A stretch of 64,000 nt of DNA, from the NCBI GenBank assembly GCA_964291415.2, contig OZ219918.1, positions 64,001 through 128,000 on the forward strand, written 5' to 3'. The notes beneath the pieces are model-generated. The model made no database searches, was not told where the DNA came from, and saw nothing but the letters and a program-made list of their open reading frames with translations. The number at the start of each line of letters is the position of its first letter. The first letter of the stretch is position 1. The position numbers and the translations under genes were made by a program. Of this stretch, positions 43,812 to 53,401 are shown piece by piece. This DNA is from Alphaproteobacteria bacterium. GTDB taxonomy: Bacteria > Pseudomonadota > Alphaproteobacteria > SP197.

Positions 43812-44227
43812 GTCTTCAATCTCCTGACGATCTCTCCCGGTGTTGCAATGGTGACGCCCAGATCGAGCGCCAATCGGAAATCCCTGACGTTATGCGTCAC
43901 GATGGCGTCGGCTTCTCCGTTTAGGGCAGCCTCAAGCACCATCTCGTCCGCAGCATCGGCCAGGATGGGCCGTATCCGAAACGAGATGTCGACGCCATCG
44001 GACACGGCCGCGAGTGCGCTCATGACCGTTGCGACATCCGCCAGACCGTGACCCGTTGCCTTCCGTACTTCCTCCCGGCTCAGCACCGCCTCATACTCCA
44101 GAAACAGCGCCGTGGAACAAAGCGGCGTCACCATGCCCCGGTCAACGAATTGCAACAGCAGGTTGCTTGCTCCATTGAGGCTGCGGAACGCCGCCACGAT
44201 CACGTTGGTGTCCAGAACCAGCCTCAT
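43808..44227 (-). CDS. PIN-domain toxin
   Basis: VLDTNV, EYEAVL, D.ADEMVLE.A, IVTHN.RDF. Confidence 0.88.
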   Translation of the reverse strand: MRLVLDTNVIVAAFRSLNGASNLLLQFVDRGMVTPLCSTALFLEYEAVLSREEVRKATGHGLADVATVMSALAAVSDGVDISFRIRPILADAADEMVLEAALNGEADAIVTHNVRDFRLALDLGVTIATPGEIVRRLKT

Positions 44228-44242
44228 AGGAGACAACTAATG

Positions 44243-44262
44243 GACATCTCATAAGATGTCAA
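44243..44262 (-). promoter_or_regulatory. Palindromic operator overlapping a -35 TTGACA upstream of the PIN toxin
   Basis: GACATCT-CATA-AGATGTC; TTGACA on the minus strand at 44257-44262. Confidence 0.6.
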
Positions 44263-44543
44263 TACAGTACGAACAACATTTGACCTTAGAGGTATCTGGC
44301 GGCAACACGATTCAGCGTTTCATCCGTCATCGTTGACTGGCCGCGCCCCGTGCAACCGGCTCGCCGTGGCAAGGCGGAGATCTTCAATTCCAGGAACGGG
44401 TTCGCTCGCTTCATCGTCCTTGGAAACACCTGGGCGAGCGGCTGTCCGACGGGACAGGATTCCGTCGTAGACCAGGGTTGGCGACATGACTGAAGACGCC
44501 AGCGATTTGGCGTGGCTGGAACTGTCTTCAGTGTCGGGACGAT

Positions 44544-45737
44544 TCACTCCAGGGAGGTGAGCCAGGAGAGTACCGGCTGCCACAGTGTGGAGAGGGAACG
44601 GCGGCCGGCAACCATGCCGACGTGACCGGCCTTGGGTTCGATCCTGGTGGCGTGGGGGATGAGGTCTGCCAGGGATCGCGCGGATTCCGGAGGAACGATG
44701 CGGTCGCGTGCGGGGAGGGCGATGAGGACGGGAGAATCGAGCGCGGCAGGATCGATGGTCCGGCCCAGGGAGATCCAGCTTCCCCTGGCCGGCAGGTTGT
44801 CGCGGTACCAGCCGTGGAGGCAGTCGGCGGCAACACCTGCGGCAAGCGGGACACCGTCGTTGAGCCAGTCCTCCAGGGCCACGAAGGTGCGGGCCCGATC
44901 GCTGTCGGGATCGAGGCGGGCGAAGGCGCGGAACTTGGTTTCCACGTTGCCGGGCTGGATGGAGGCAAAGAGCGCCTGGACGACGTCCACCGGGACCGGC
45001 GGAGCCGAGGGACGGGCCGCGAGCGCGGCCACGGCGGCCAGCGGAGCGTTCCAGGAGAGAGCGCCGGCATGGAAGTCCCAGGGCGTGGCAAGGAGGGCAA
45101 GGCCCTTGACGCGGTCCGGACGGGCGAGGGCGCCTGAAAGGGCGATGAGCCCGCCCATGCAGTAGCCGAGAAGCGGCACCGCGGCGCCGGTGACGGCCGT
45201 GGCGGCCTCGAGTGCCGGAAGGAGCCGCTCGGCGATGTAGGCGTCGAGGTCGAAACGGGCTTCCGTGTCGCCGGGTTCACCCCAGTCGAGCAGAAGCGGT
45301 CTTGCACCGTGCGCGCGCAGCCATGAACAGAAACCCTCTTCGGGGCCAAGGTCGAGGATGTAGGAACGGTTGATGAGGGAGGGGACAAGGAGAAGCGGCA
45401 GCCCGGACCCGCCGTAGTCGAGAAGCGACGTCGACCCGCTGCGCCACAGGACATCGAGAGAGCGGCCGGAGCGTCTCCAGGGGTGCTCGTGGTAGGCGCG
45501 CACGCCGCCGATGAAGGCTCCGAGCCGTCGGCCGGCTTCGGCGCCGACGGCTGCGGCGAAGGCATCGGCGTCAACGTCGTGAAGGGCGTGGCTCAGCCGT
45601 TCCGCCTGCGGGGCAACACTGCTGTTCCAGGAGATCAAGCCGTTCCTCGCAGCGAGCGATGCGGCCGGCGAGGTCGTCAAGACGCTCGCCGAGAGAGTCA
45701 GGTGCATCGCCAATGGCCGCGGTCCCCGTCGCGTCAT
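44544..45737 (-). CDS. PHA synthase-like alpha/beta hydrolase (short PhaC type)
   Basis: VPSLINRSYILDL, LDWG, lipase box GYCMGG, D.IVP, GHVGM; divergent from phaR. Confidence 0.8.
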   Translation of the reverse strand: MTRRGPRPLAMHLTLSASVLTTSPAASLAARNGLISWNSSVAPQAERLSHALHDVDADAFAAAVGAEAGRRLGAFIGGVRAYHEHPWRRSGRSLDVLWRSGSTSLLDYGGSGLPLLLVPSLINRSYILDLGPEEGFCSWLRAHGARPLLLDWGEPGDTEARFDLDAYIAERLLPALEAATAVTGAAVPLLGYCMGGLIALSGALARPDRVKGLALLATPWDFHAGALSWNAPLAAVAALAARPSAPPVPVDVVQALFASIQPGNVETKFRAFARLDPDSDRARTFVALEDWLNDGVPLAAGVAADCLHGWYRDNLPARGSWISLGRTIDPAALDSPVLIALPARDRIVPPESARSLADLIPHATRIEPKAGHVGMVAGRRSLSTLWQPVLSWLTSLE

Positions 45738-45867
45738 GCGGCATTCCCGCAAGCCACATGGTGGCCCACTTGGCCAGCGCCGGGTCGGACAGCGTCGCGG
45801 CGAGGTGTTCCTGCCAGAGCTCGACGAAGTCCCGGGCCAGATCCTCGAGATCCTGCTTGTCCTTCAT
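45571..45867 (-). CDS. Small coiled-coil protein upstream of and overlapping the PhaC-like gene (possible partner subunit)
   Basis: LARDFVELWQEHL; C-terminal heptads LDDLAGRIARCEERLDLLE. Confidence 0.55.
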   Translation of the reverse strand: MKDKQDLEDLARDFVELWQEHLAATLSDPALAKWATMWLAGMPHDATGTAAIGDAPDSLGERLDDLAGRIARCEERLDLLEQQCCPAGGTAEPRPSRR

Positions 45868-45982
45868 GGCGGCGATGATGGCACCTTTTGCGCCAGGCGG
45901 CCATGCCGCAGTGCAACAAAGACTGGCCGCAGACCACACTCGGGGTCATACTGACATCCTCCAGGAGGAAGGCCCGAAGACG

Positions 45983-46564
45983 ATGGCGAAAGCCAGAAAC
46001 CGGCACACAGGGGATACGATCGTCATCAAGAAGTATGCCAACAGGCGACTCTACAACACGGCGACCAGCAGCTACATCACCCTCGACCAGCTCGCCGATA
46101 TCGTGAAGGAAGGCGCCGACTTCGTGGTTCAGGATGCGAAGAGCGGCGAGGACATTACCCGTGCGGTGCTGACGCAGATCATCGTCGAGGAAGAGTCCAA
46201 GGGGGCCAACCTGCTGCCGATCAGCTTCCTCAAGCAGCTGATCGGGTTCTACGGCGACAGCATGCAGACCTTCGTGCCGCGCTATCTCGAACTCAGCATG
46301 GAGAGCCTGGCGAAAAACCAGGAACAGGTGCGCGACATGGTCTCGCGCACCTTCGACCAGATGTTTCCCTCGCCGACGGATGCCGTTGACGGCATGGTCC
46401 GGAACAACATGGCCATGATGCGCCGCACCATGGAAATGTTCTATCCCGAAGGCGACCAGGCGACAGACGAGGCGCCGGACCGCGACGAGGACATCCGCGC
46501 CCTCCAGGAGCGTATCGACAGCCTGCAGAACCAGCTTGACCGGATTTCCCGGAACAAGTCGTAA
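45983..46564 (+). CDS. phaR: Polyhydroxyalkanoate synthesis repressor
   Basis: IKKYANRRLYNT..S.YITL, DAKSGEDITR.VLTQII. Confidence 0.95.
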   Translation: MAKARNRHTGDTIVIKKYANRRLYNTATSSYITLDQLADIVKEGADFVVQDAKSGEDITRAVLTQIIVEEESKGANLLPISFLKQLIGFYGDSMQTFVPRYLELSMESLAKNQEQVRDMVSRTFDQMFPSPTDAVDGMVRNNMAMMRRTMEMFYPEGDQATDEAPDRDEDIRALQERIDSLQNQLDRISRNKS

Positions 46565-46579
46565 CGCAACGCGGACGGT

Positions 46580-47911
46580 TCAGGCGACCGTCTTGAGGGT
46601 TGAACCGATGGTCTCGAAGATCTGGTCGACGTGGCTGTGTTCCGCGATGAGCGGCGGCGAGAGTGCGATGGTGTCGCCGGTCACGCGAATGAGCACGCCG
46701 TCATCGAAACACTTCTGGAACGTCTCCATGGCCCGTGCGGTTGGCTGACCGGGCCTCGGTTCGAGTTCGATCCCGGCCATGATGCCGATGTTCCTCAGAT
46801 CGATCACGTGGTGACCGCCCTTGAGGGACCACAGGCCGTCCTGCCAGTAGCCGGCAAGATCCCGGGCCCTCTCGAAGAGCCCCTCGTCGCGATAGAGATC
46901 AAGGGTCGCAATGCCCGCCGCGGCGGCCAGCGGGTGTCCTGAATAGGTGTAGCCGTGGAACAGCTCGATACCGGCCGACGACCCCGCCATGAAGGCGTCG
47001 TGGACCTTCCTGGAACACAGCACGGCACCCATGGGAACGGTCGCGTTGGTGAGCCCCTTGGCCGTCGTCATCATGTCGGGAATCACGCCGAAGCGCTCGC
47101 TGGCAAAGCTGGCGCCCAGGCGCCCGAAGCCTGTGATGACCTCGTCGAAGATGAGCAGGATGTCGTGCTTGTCGCAGATCTCCCGCAGACGCTTCAGGTA
47201 ACCCTTCGGCGGCACCAGGACACCGGTGGACCCGGCCACCGGTTCGACGATGACCGCGGCGATCGTCGATGAGTCGTGGAGTGCCACGAGGCGCTCGAGA
47301 TCGTCGGCAAGGTGGGCGCCCCACTCGGGCTGCCCCTTCGACCAGGCCTGGTGTTCGTAATCGTGGGTATGGCGGATGTGGTCGACGCCGGAGATCAGGC
47401 CGCCGTAGAACTGCCTGTTCTTGACGATTCCGCCGACGGACGTGCCGCCGAAATTGACCCCGTGATAGCCGCGCTCGCGGCCGATCAGGCGGACCTTCGA
47501 TCCCTTGCCCCTGACGTTGTGGTAGGCCAGCGCGATCTTCAGCGCGGTGTCCGCGGATTCCGATCCCGAATTGGTGAAGAACACGTGATCGAGGTCGCCA
47601 GGCGACAGATCGGCAAGACGCTTGGCGAGTTCGAAGGGAGCGGGGTGGCCCATCTGGAAGGTCGGCGCGAAGTCCATCTTGTCCGCCTGGGCCTTGATGG
47701 CCTCGGCGATGCGGGTGCGTCCATGACCGGCGTTGCAGCACCACAGGCCCGCGGTGCCGTCGAGGATCTTCCGGCCACCGGGCGTCATGTAGTGCATGTC
47801 CCGGGCGCTGGCCAGAAGTCGGGGGGACGACTTGTACTCCCTGTTCGAGGTGAACGGCATCCAGAACGCTTCGAGATCGTTGGGGAGATCGGGGTAGTTC
47901 AGTTCATCCAT
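46580..47911 (-). CDS. Omega-amino acid (beta-alanine)-pyruvate aminotransferase, class III
   Basis: FWMPFT, DGTAGLW, FDEVITGFGR, TTAKG, HGYTYSGHP. Confidence 0.9.
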   Translation of the reverse strand: MDELNYPDLPNDLEAFWMPFTSNREYKSSPRLLASARDMHYMTPGGRKILDGTAGLWCCNAGHGRTRIAEAIKAQADKMDFAPTFQMGHPAPFELAKRLADLSPGDLDHVFFTNSGSESADTALKIALAYHNVRGKGSKVRLIGRERGYHGVNFGGTSVGGIVKNRQFYGGLISGVDHIRHTHDYEHQAWSKGQPEWGAHLADDLERLVALHDSSTIAAVIVEPVAGSTGVLVPPKGYLKRLREICDKHDILLIFDEVITGFGRLGASFASERFGVIPDMMTTAKGLTNATVPMGAVLCSRKVHDAFMAGSSAGIELFHGYTYSGHPLAAAAGIATLDLYRDEGLFERARDLAGYWQDGLWSLKGGHHVIDLRNIGIMAGIELEPRPGQPTARAMETFQKCFDDGVLIRVTGDTIALSPPLIAEHSHVDQIFETIGSTLKTVA

Positions 47912-48038
47912 CGTGCATGTCCTCAAGGGCAGGGCAGCGACTATAGACCACGCTCAGGCGGGCGCAAACCTGAGCACGCGTTGACGTGTCCGGTCGGCGG
48001 ACCAATACTTTGTGCAGGTGCGAAGGAAGCGGTTCACC

Positions 48039-50174
48039 ATGACGGAGTTTCCAGAAGCCTGGCGCTCCCAGGCCGCGAAGGAACTCAAGGGCGGTTCTGC
48101 CGAGGATCTCGTCAGGGAGACGGCCGAGGGCATTGCCGTCAAGCCGCTCTACACCGAGGCGGACCTCGAGACCCTTGGCCATTCCGCCACCCTGCCCGGG
48201 CTCTTTCCCTACGTGCGTGGCGTGCGTGCGACGATGTACGCCAACAGGCCCTGGACCATCCGTCAGTACGCGGGGTTCTCGACCGCCGGCGAATCCAACG
48301 CCTTCTATCGACAGGCCCTGGCCGGGGGGCAGAAGGGACTGTCGGTGGCCTTCGATCTGGCCACCCACCGCGGCTATGACAGCGACCACCCCAGGGTGGC
48401 CGGTGACGTCGGCAAGGCGGGTGTGGCCATCGACACCGTCGAGGACATGAAGATCCTGTTCGACGGCATTCCCCTCGACGGGATGTCCGTCTCCATGACC
48501 ATGAACGGGGCTGTCCTGCCGGTGCTCGCCATGTTCGTCGTGGCGGCAGAGGAGCAGGGCGTCGCCCCGGACCGCCTGACCGGGACCATCCAGAACGACA
48601 TCCTCAAGGAGTTCATGGTCCGCAACACCTACATCTATCCGCCGGCGCCCAGCATGCGCATCGTCGCCGACATCATTGCCTGGAGCGCGGCGTCGATGCC
48701 CCGCTTCAACTCGATTTCCATCAGCGGCTATCACATGCAGGAAGCGGGGGCGACGGCGGTCCAGGAGCTTGCCTACACCCTTGCCGACGGGGTCGAATAC
48801 GTGCGTGCCGCCCGTGACCGCGGTCTTGACATCGACACCTTCGCGCCCCGGCTTTCCTTCTTCTTCGGCATCGGCATGAACTTCTTCATGGAGATCGCCA
48901 AGCTTCGTGCGGCGAGGCTGTTGTGGGCACGGCTCATGGAGCCCTTCAACCCCGAGGACCCGCGATCCCTGATGCTGCGCACCCACTGCCAGACCAGCGG
49001 CGTTTCGCTGACCGAACAGGATCCCTTCAACAACATCGTGCGCACCACCGTCGAGGCCATGGCGGCCGTGCTCGGAGGCACCCAGAGCCTCCACACCAAC
49101 AGCTTTGACGAGGCCCTGGCGCTCCCCGGCGACGAGGCGTCCCGCATCGCCCGCAACACGCAGCTGATTCTCGCCGGTGAAACCGGCATTCCCCATGTCG
49201 TCGATCCTCTCGGCGGCAGCTACTTCGTCGAATCGCTCACCGCCTCTCTCGTCGAGGCCGCGTCGCGGTTGATCGACGAGGTCGAGGAGATGGGCGGCAT
49301 GACCCGCGCCATCGAGGTCGGCCTGCCGAAGCTGCGCATCGAGGAAAGCGCGGCGCGCCGCCAGGCACGCATCGAGCGCGGCGACGACACGGTGGTGGGT
49401 GTCAACCACTACCGGAACGAAGCGGAGCCGGAAGTCGAGATTCGCGAGATCGACAACACCGTGGTGCGCGATGCCCAGATCCGGCGCCTCGAGGAGGTGC
49501 GCCGGAGCCGTGATGACGGGGCGGTGAAGACGGCTCTCGATGCGCTTGCCGCCGGTGCCGCCGGAGACGGGAATCTCCTTGAACTTTCCATTGCCGCGGC
49601 ACGGGTGCGGGCCACGCTCGGCGAAATCTCTGATGCCCTGGAAGGCGTCTTCACCCGGCACAGCGCGGTGCTGCGGCCGGTCTCCGGAGTCTATGGCGCT
49701 GCCTGGCAGGGAGCGGAGGAGTTTAGCGAGGTGAAGGCACGTATCGACGCCTTCTCCGCCGAGGAGGGGCGGCAGCCGCGCATGCTTGTCGCCAAGCTCG
49801 GCCAGGACGGCCATGACCGGGGCGCCCGCATCATTGCCAGCGCCTTTGCCGATCTCGGTTTCGACGTCGACATCGGCCCTCTCTTCCAGACTCCCGCAGA
49901 AGCGGCGCAACAGGCCGTCGAAAGCGATGTTCATGTCATCGGCGTCTCCACCCAGGCGGCAGGTCACCGGACCCTGGTGCCGCAGCTTGTCGCTGCCCTG
50001 GCAGATCTCTCCGCAACGGACATTCAGGTCGTGGTCGGCGGCGTGGTGCCGCCACAGGACCACGCCATGCTCCGCGAAGCCGGAGTGTCGGCCATCTTCG
50101 GCCCCGGAACCCATATTCCGGATGCGGCGGCACATGTCCTCGATCTGATCCGTTCGCAGCGCCGGGCGGCCTGA
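48039..50174 (+). CDS. scpA: Methylmalonyl-CoA mutase
   Basis: [23 protein letters not shown]12-binding GQDGHDRG. Confidence 0.96.
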   Translation: MTEFPEAWRSQAAKELKGGSAEDLVRETAEGIAVKPLYTEADLETLGHSATLPGLFPYVRGVRATMYANRPWTIRQYAGFSTAGESNAFYRQALAGGQKGLSVAFDLATHRGYDSDHPRVAGDVGKAGVAIDTVEDMKILFDGIPLDGMSVSMTMNGAVLPVLAMFVVAAEEQGVAPDRLTGTIQNDILKEFMVRNTYIYPPAPSMRIVADIIAWSAASMPRFNSISISGYHMQEAGATAVQELAYTLADGVEYVRAARDRGLDIDTFAPRLSFFFGIGMNFFMEIAKLRAARLLWARLMEPFNPEDPRSLMLRTHCQTSGVSLTEQDPFNNIVRTTVEAMAAVLGGTQSLHTNSFDEALALPGDEASRIARNTQLILAGETGIPHVVDPLGGSYFVESLTASLVEAASRLIDEVEEMGGMTRAIEVGLPKLRIEESAARRQARIERGDDTVVGVNHYRNEAEPEVEIREIDNTVVRDAQIRRLEEVRRSRDDGAVKTALDALAAGAAGDGNLLELSIAAARVRATLGEISDALEGVFTRHSAVLRPVSGVYGAAWQGAEEFSEVKARIDAFSAEEGRQPRMLVAKLGQDGHDRGARIIASAFADLGFDVDIGPLFQTPAEAAQQAVESDVHVIGVSTQAAGHRTLVPQLVAALADLSATDIQVVVGGVVPPQDHAMLREAGVSAIFGPGTHIPDAAAHVLDLIRSQRRAA

Positions 50175-50178
50175 CATC

Positions 50179-51126
50179 TTGAACGCCGAGGCCCTGAGAT
50201 TCGGTGACCGCCGGGCGCTCGGGCGTGCCATCACGCTTGTCGAGTCGACGCGCGCCGAAGATGAGGAGAGGGCTGCGCGCCTGCTCGAGAGTCTTGCGCA
50301 GGTGACGCCGGCACGACGGCGCATCGGCATTTCCGGCGCCCCTGGTGTCGGCAAGTCCACGTTCATCGAGGCCTTCGGCCTGAAGGCCCTCGATGACGGC
50401 TGGCGGGTTGCCGTCATCACCATCGATCCGTCCTCGATGAGGAGCGGCGGTTCCATCCTCGGCGACAGAACCAGGATGGAGCGCCTGTCGCGCCATCCGC
50501 TGGCCTTCATCCGTTCGTCGCCGTCGCGCGGCACGCTCGGCGGGGTGGCGCGGCGCACGCGGGACGTCATCCGGCTGGTCGAGGCGGCAGGCCATGATCT
50601 CGTGATTGTCGAGACCGTCGGCGTCGGCCAGTCGGAGGTGGCGGCGGCGGCCATGACCGACATGTTCGTCGTTCTCCTCGCGCCCGGCGCCGGCGACGGC
50701 CTGCAGGGCGTCAAGCGCGGGATCATGGAGCTTGCCGACCTCGTCATCGTCAACAAGGCCGATGGCGACCTCGCCGGCATGGCGCGTCACATGGTGACGG
50801 ATTTCCGTCAGGCGCTCTCGCTCATGCGTCCCGGACGCAGCTTCTGGACGACGCGCGTGATGTCCTGTTCGGCACTCACCGGGGACGGTCTCGATGACGT
50901 AAGGGCCGCCATGGACGAGTGGTTCGACGCCGCCGGCCCTCACCTCGATGAGGAACGCCGCAGGCAGGCGGTCGAGGCCATCAGGAACGAGGTGGCCGAT
51001 CTCACCCTGGCGCGGCTGATGTCAGGTGATGGAGACGGTCATGCGTCGCGTACCCTTGCCGCCGACGTTGCCAGTGGACGCCTGCCGCTGCGGACCGCCG
51101 CAAGAAAGATCCTCGACAACACCTGA
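50179..51126 (+). CDS. meaB: Methylmalonyl-CoA mutase-associated GTPase
   Basis: GAPGVGKST, DPSS..SGGSILGD, ETVGVGQSE, NKAD. Confidence 0.95.
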   Translation: MNAEALRFGDRRALGRAITLVESTRAEDEERAARLLESLAQVTPARRRIGISGAPGVGKSTFIEAFGLKALDDGWRVAVITIDPSSMRSGGSILGDRTRMERLSRHPLAFIRSSPSRGTLGGVARRTRDVIRLVEAAGHDLVIVETVGVGQSEVAAAAMTDMFVVLLAPGAGDGLQGVKRGIMELADLVIVNKADGDLAGMARHMVTDFRQALSLMRPGRSFWTTRVMSCSALTGDGLDDVRAAMDEWFDAAGPHLDEERRRQAVEAIRNEVADLTLARLMSGDGDGHASRTLAADVASGRLPLRTAARKILDNT

Positions 51127-51259
51127 TCGGGGTTGCGCCGGCTTTGGCCGAATGCCGTCAGTCATCCGCGTCGTACCTCATTGGTCCGGGCGGCCTCGAT
51201 CTCGGCGGTGTTGCTGGTACGATGGGCGTCGTCTGTGGCGACGCCCGGGAGGACAAGGG

Positions 51260-52411
51260 ATGGACATCAGTCACGAGGCACGCCGCATCCACGCATCGTC
51301 GATCGTGATCGACACCCACGTCGACACGGTGGTGCGCTGGATCGACCTTGACGAGGACCTCGGCGTCGAGACCGGCAACGGCTACATGGATTTGCCGCTC
51401 ATGAGGCGGGGCAACCTCACGGCATCCTTCTTTGCCTGCTGCGTCGGCTTCCACCATGTCGCGGAAGGGACAGCGATACGCCGCGCTCTCGACATGATCG
51501 ACGGCGTGAAGGAGATCTGCCGGTTCTATCCGGATGACGTCGAGGTGGCCCTTGGGGCTTCGGACGTGCGGCGCATCGCCGCGGCGGGCAAGCTCGCGGT
51601 GATCATCGCGATCGAGGGCGGACATGCGATCGACGACGATCTGCGGGTTCTGCGCCAGTACTTCGATCTGGGCGTGCGCTACATGTCGTTGACCCATTTC
51701 AACACGCATGGCTGGGCCGATTCCGCGACCGATGCGGCGCGGCACGGCGGATTGAGCCCGTTCGGCCGCGACGTCGTCGCGGAGATGAACCGGATGGGCA
51801 TGATGGTCGATGTCTCGCATGCCTCCGACACGGTGTTCCGGGACGTGATCGAGATGACGAAAGCGCCGGTCATGGCCTCGCACTCGTCGATGCGGGCCCT
51901 GGTGGATCATCCCCGCAACATGTCCGACGACATGCTCCGGGCCGTTGCGGACAACGGCGGCATCGTCTGCGTGACGGCATGGCCCGAGTACATTTCACGG
52001 AGGTACTGGCAGGGGCTTGAGGATGTGGCCGACCGTCGCGCCGGACGCGGCGGCGCCAATCGGCGACAGAGCGCATCGGGCTCGACGTCGGCAATCTCGG
52101 ACCTGATGGCGATGACGGGCGGCGACGGCGCCGCGGGCTACAACGTGCTGGTCGATGCGGGGATCCCGTTTCCGTCGCTCGACGACCTGCTCCGCCACAT
52201 CGATCACGCGATCGGGGTGGCCGGCGTCGATCATGTCGGTATCGGTACCGACCATGGCGCCGTCCGTTTCGACCTCGTGGAACTCGAAGACTGCTCCAGG
52301 CTCCCCGTCCTGACCGAGGCCCTGGTGCGACGCGGCTATCGCGAGGACGACATCCGCAAGATTCTCGGTGAAAATGTCTTGCGGGTCATGGAAGACGTGA
52401 TCGGGCGCTGA
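51260..52411 (+). CDS. Membrane dipeptidase (peptidase M19) family protein
   Basis: IDTHVD, IEGG, VDVSH, ASHS, HPRN, GIGTD, ILGEN. Confidence 0.88.
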   Translation: MDISHEARRIHASSIVIDTHVDTVVRWIDLDEDLGVETGNGYMDLPLMRRGNLTASFFACCVGFHHVAEGTAIRRALDMIDGVKEICRFYPDDVEVALGASDVRRIAAAGKLAVIIAIEGGHAIDDDLRVLRQYFDLGVRYMSLTHFNTHGWADSATDAARHGGLSPFGRDVVAEMNRMGMMVDVSHASDTVFRDVIEMTKAPVMASHSSMRALVDHPRNMSDDMLRAVADNGGIVCVTAWPEYISRRYWQGLEDVADRRAGRGGANRRQSASGSTSAISDLMAMTGGDGAAGYNVLVDAGIPFPSLDDLLRHIDHAIGVAGVDHVGIGTDHGAVRFDLVELEDCSRLPVLTEALVRRGYREDDIRKILGENVLRVMEDVIGR

Positions 52412-52494
52412 ATGCGCCGCGGTCGCAGGAGTTGACCCGGAGCCGATGGCGCTATAGGTACGGCGTCGCTTATCTGAGTTCCGGAGCCGAAGAG

Positions 52495-52794
52495 ATGTCG
52501 CGCACATGTTCCCTGACCGGCAAGTCCGTCATGTCGGGAAACAACCGCAGCCACGCCGAGAACAAGTCCAAGCGGGTGTTCCGGCCGAACCTGGTGAGGG
52601 CCAGCCTGTGGTCCGAGACGCTCGGTGAACGGGTGCGCCTGCGCATTTCCGCAAGCGCCCTGCGTACCGTCGAGAAGCACGGTGGCATCGACGCATTCCT
52701 GATGCAGGAACGCGACAGCCGGCTGGCCGGTCCGGCACTGAAGCTCAAGCGCCGCGTCGCGAAGGCGGCGGCGCGCCGGAACGCCAGCGCCTGA
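52495..52794 (+). CDS. rpmB: 50S ribosomal protein L28
   Basis: MSRTCSLTGK..MSGNNRSHA.NK.KR.F.PNL. Confidence 0.95.
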   Translation: MSRTCSLTGKSVMSGNNRSHAENKSKRVFRPNLVRASLWSETLGERVRLRISASALRTVEKHGGIDAFLMQERDSRLAGPALKLKRRVAKAAARRNASA

Positions 52795-52804
52795 CTCTCC
52801 CGCC

Positions 52805-53401
52805 ATGACACGCCCGGCCGTCGCCATCGGTGCGATGTCGGCGGTCGTGGTCGTCTCGAACCTGCTGGTTCACGCTCCGATCAACGACTGGCTGACCTGG
52901 GCCGCTTTCACCTACCCTGTCTCGTTTCTCGTGACGGATCTCTCCAACCGCGCGTTCGGGCCGGCGCGCGCGGCCCGCGTGGTGCTGTGGGGATTTGCCG
53001 TCGGCGTCATCATGTCCGCCGTCCTTTCGGACTGGACGCCCTTTGCCATGCCGCAGATGTTCTCGGAGAAGGCACTGCTGACCGCGGTGGCGTCGGGCTC
53101 CGCCTTTCTCACGGCACAGCTCCTCGACATCCTCATCTTCCGCCTGCTGCGGCGGTCGGCCTGGTGGCGGGCGCCTCTGATCTCCTCGGCGGTGGCCTCT
53201 GCCGTGGACACCCTCATCTTCTTCTGGCTGCTGTTCGGCGTCTTCTTCCCCGAATGGGGACTCGACTGGGTGAGCTACGGTGTCGGCGACTACGCCGTCA
53301 AGGCGTCAATGGCCCTGGCGCTCCTGGTGCCCTACCGGGTGCTCATGGGGCGGTACGTGGCACCGCCAGCCGCCGGCCGAGACCGTGCCGTTCCGGATTG
53401 A
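52805..53401 (+). CDS. Queuosine precursor transporter (YhhQ/VUT family)
   Basis: FTYP..FLVTDL.NR.FG, AQLLDI.IF, SAVDT.IF. Confidence 0.85.
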   Translation: MTRPAVAIGAMSAVVVVSNLLVHAPINDWLTWAAFTYPVSFLVTDLSNRAFGPARAARVVLWGFAVGVIMSAVLSDWTPFAMPQMFSEKALLTAVASGSAFLTAQLLDILIFRLLRRSAWWRAPLISSAVASAVDTLIFFWLLFGVFFPEWGLDWVSYGVGDYAVKASMALALLVPYRVLMGRYVAPPAAGRDRAVPD

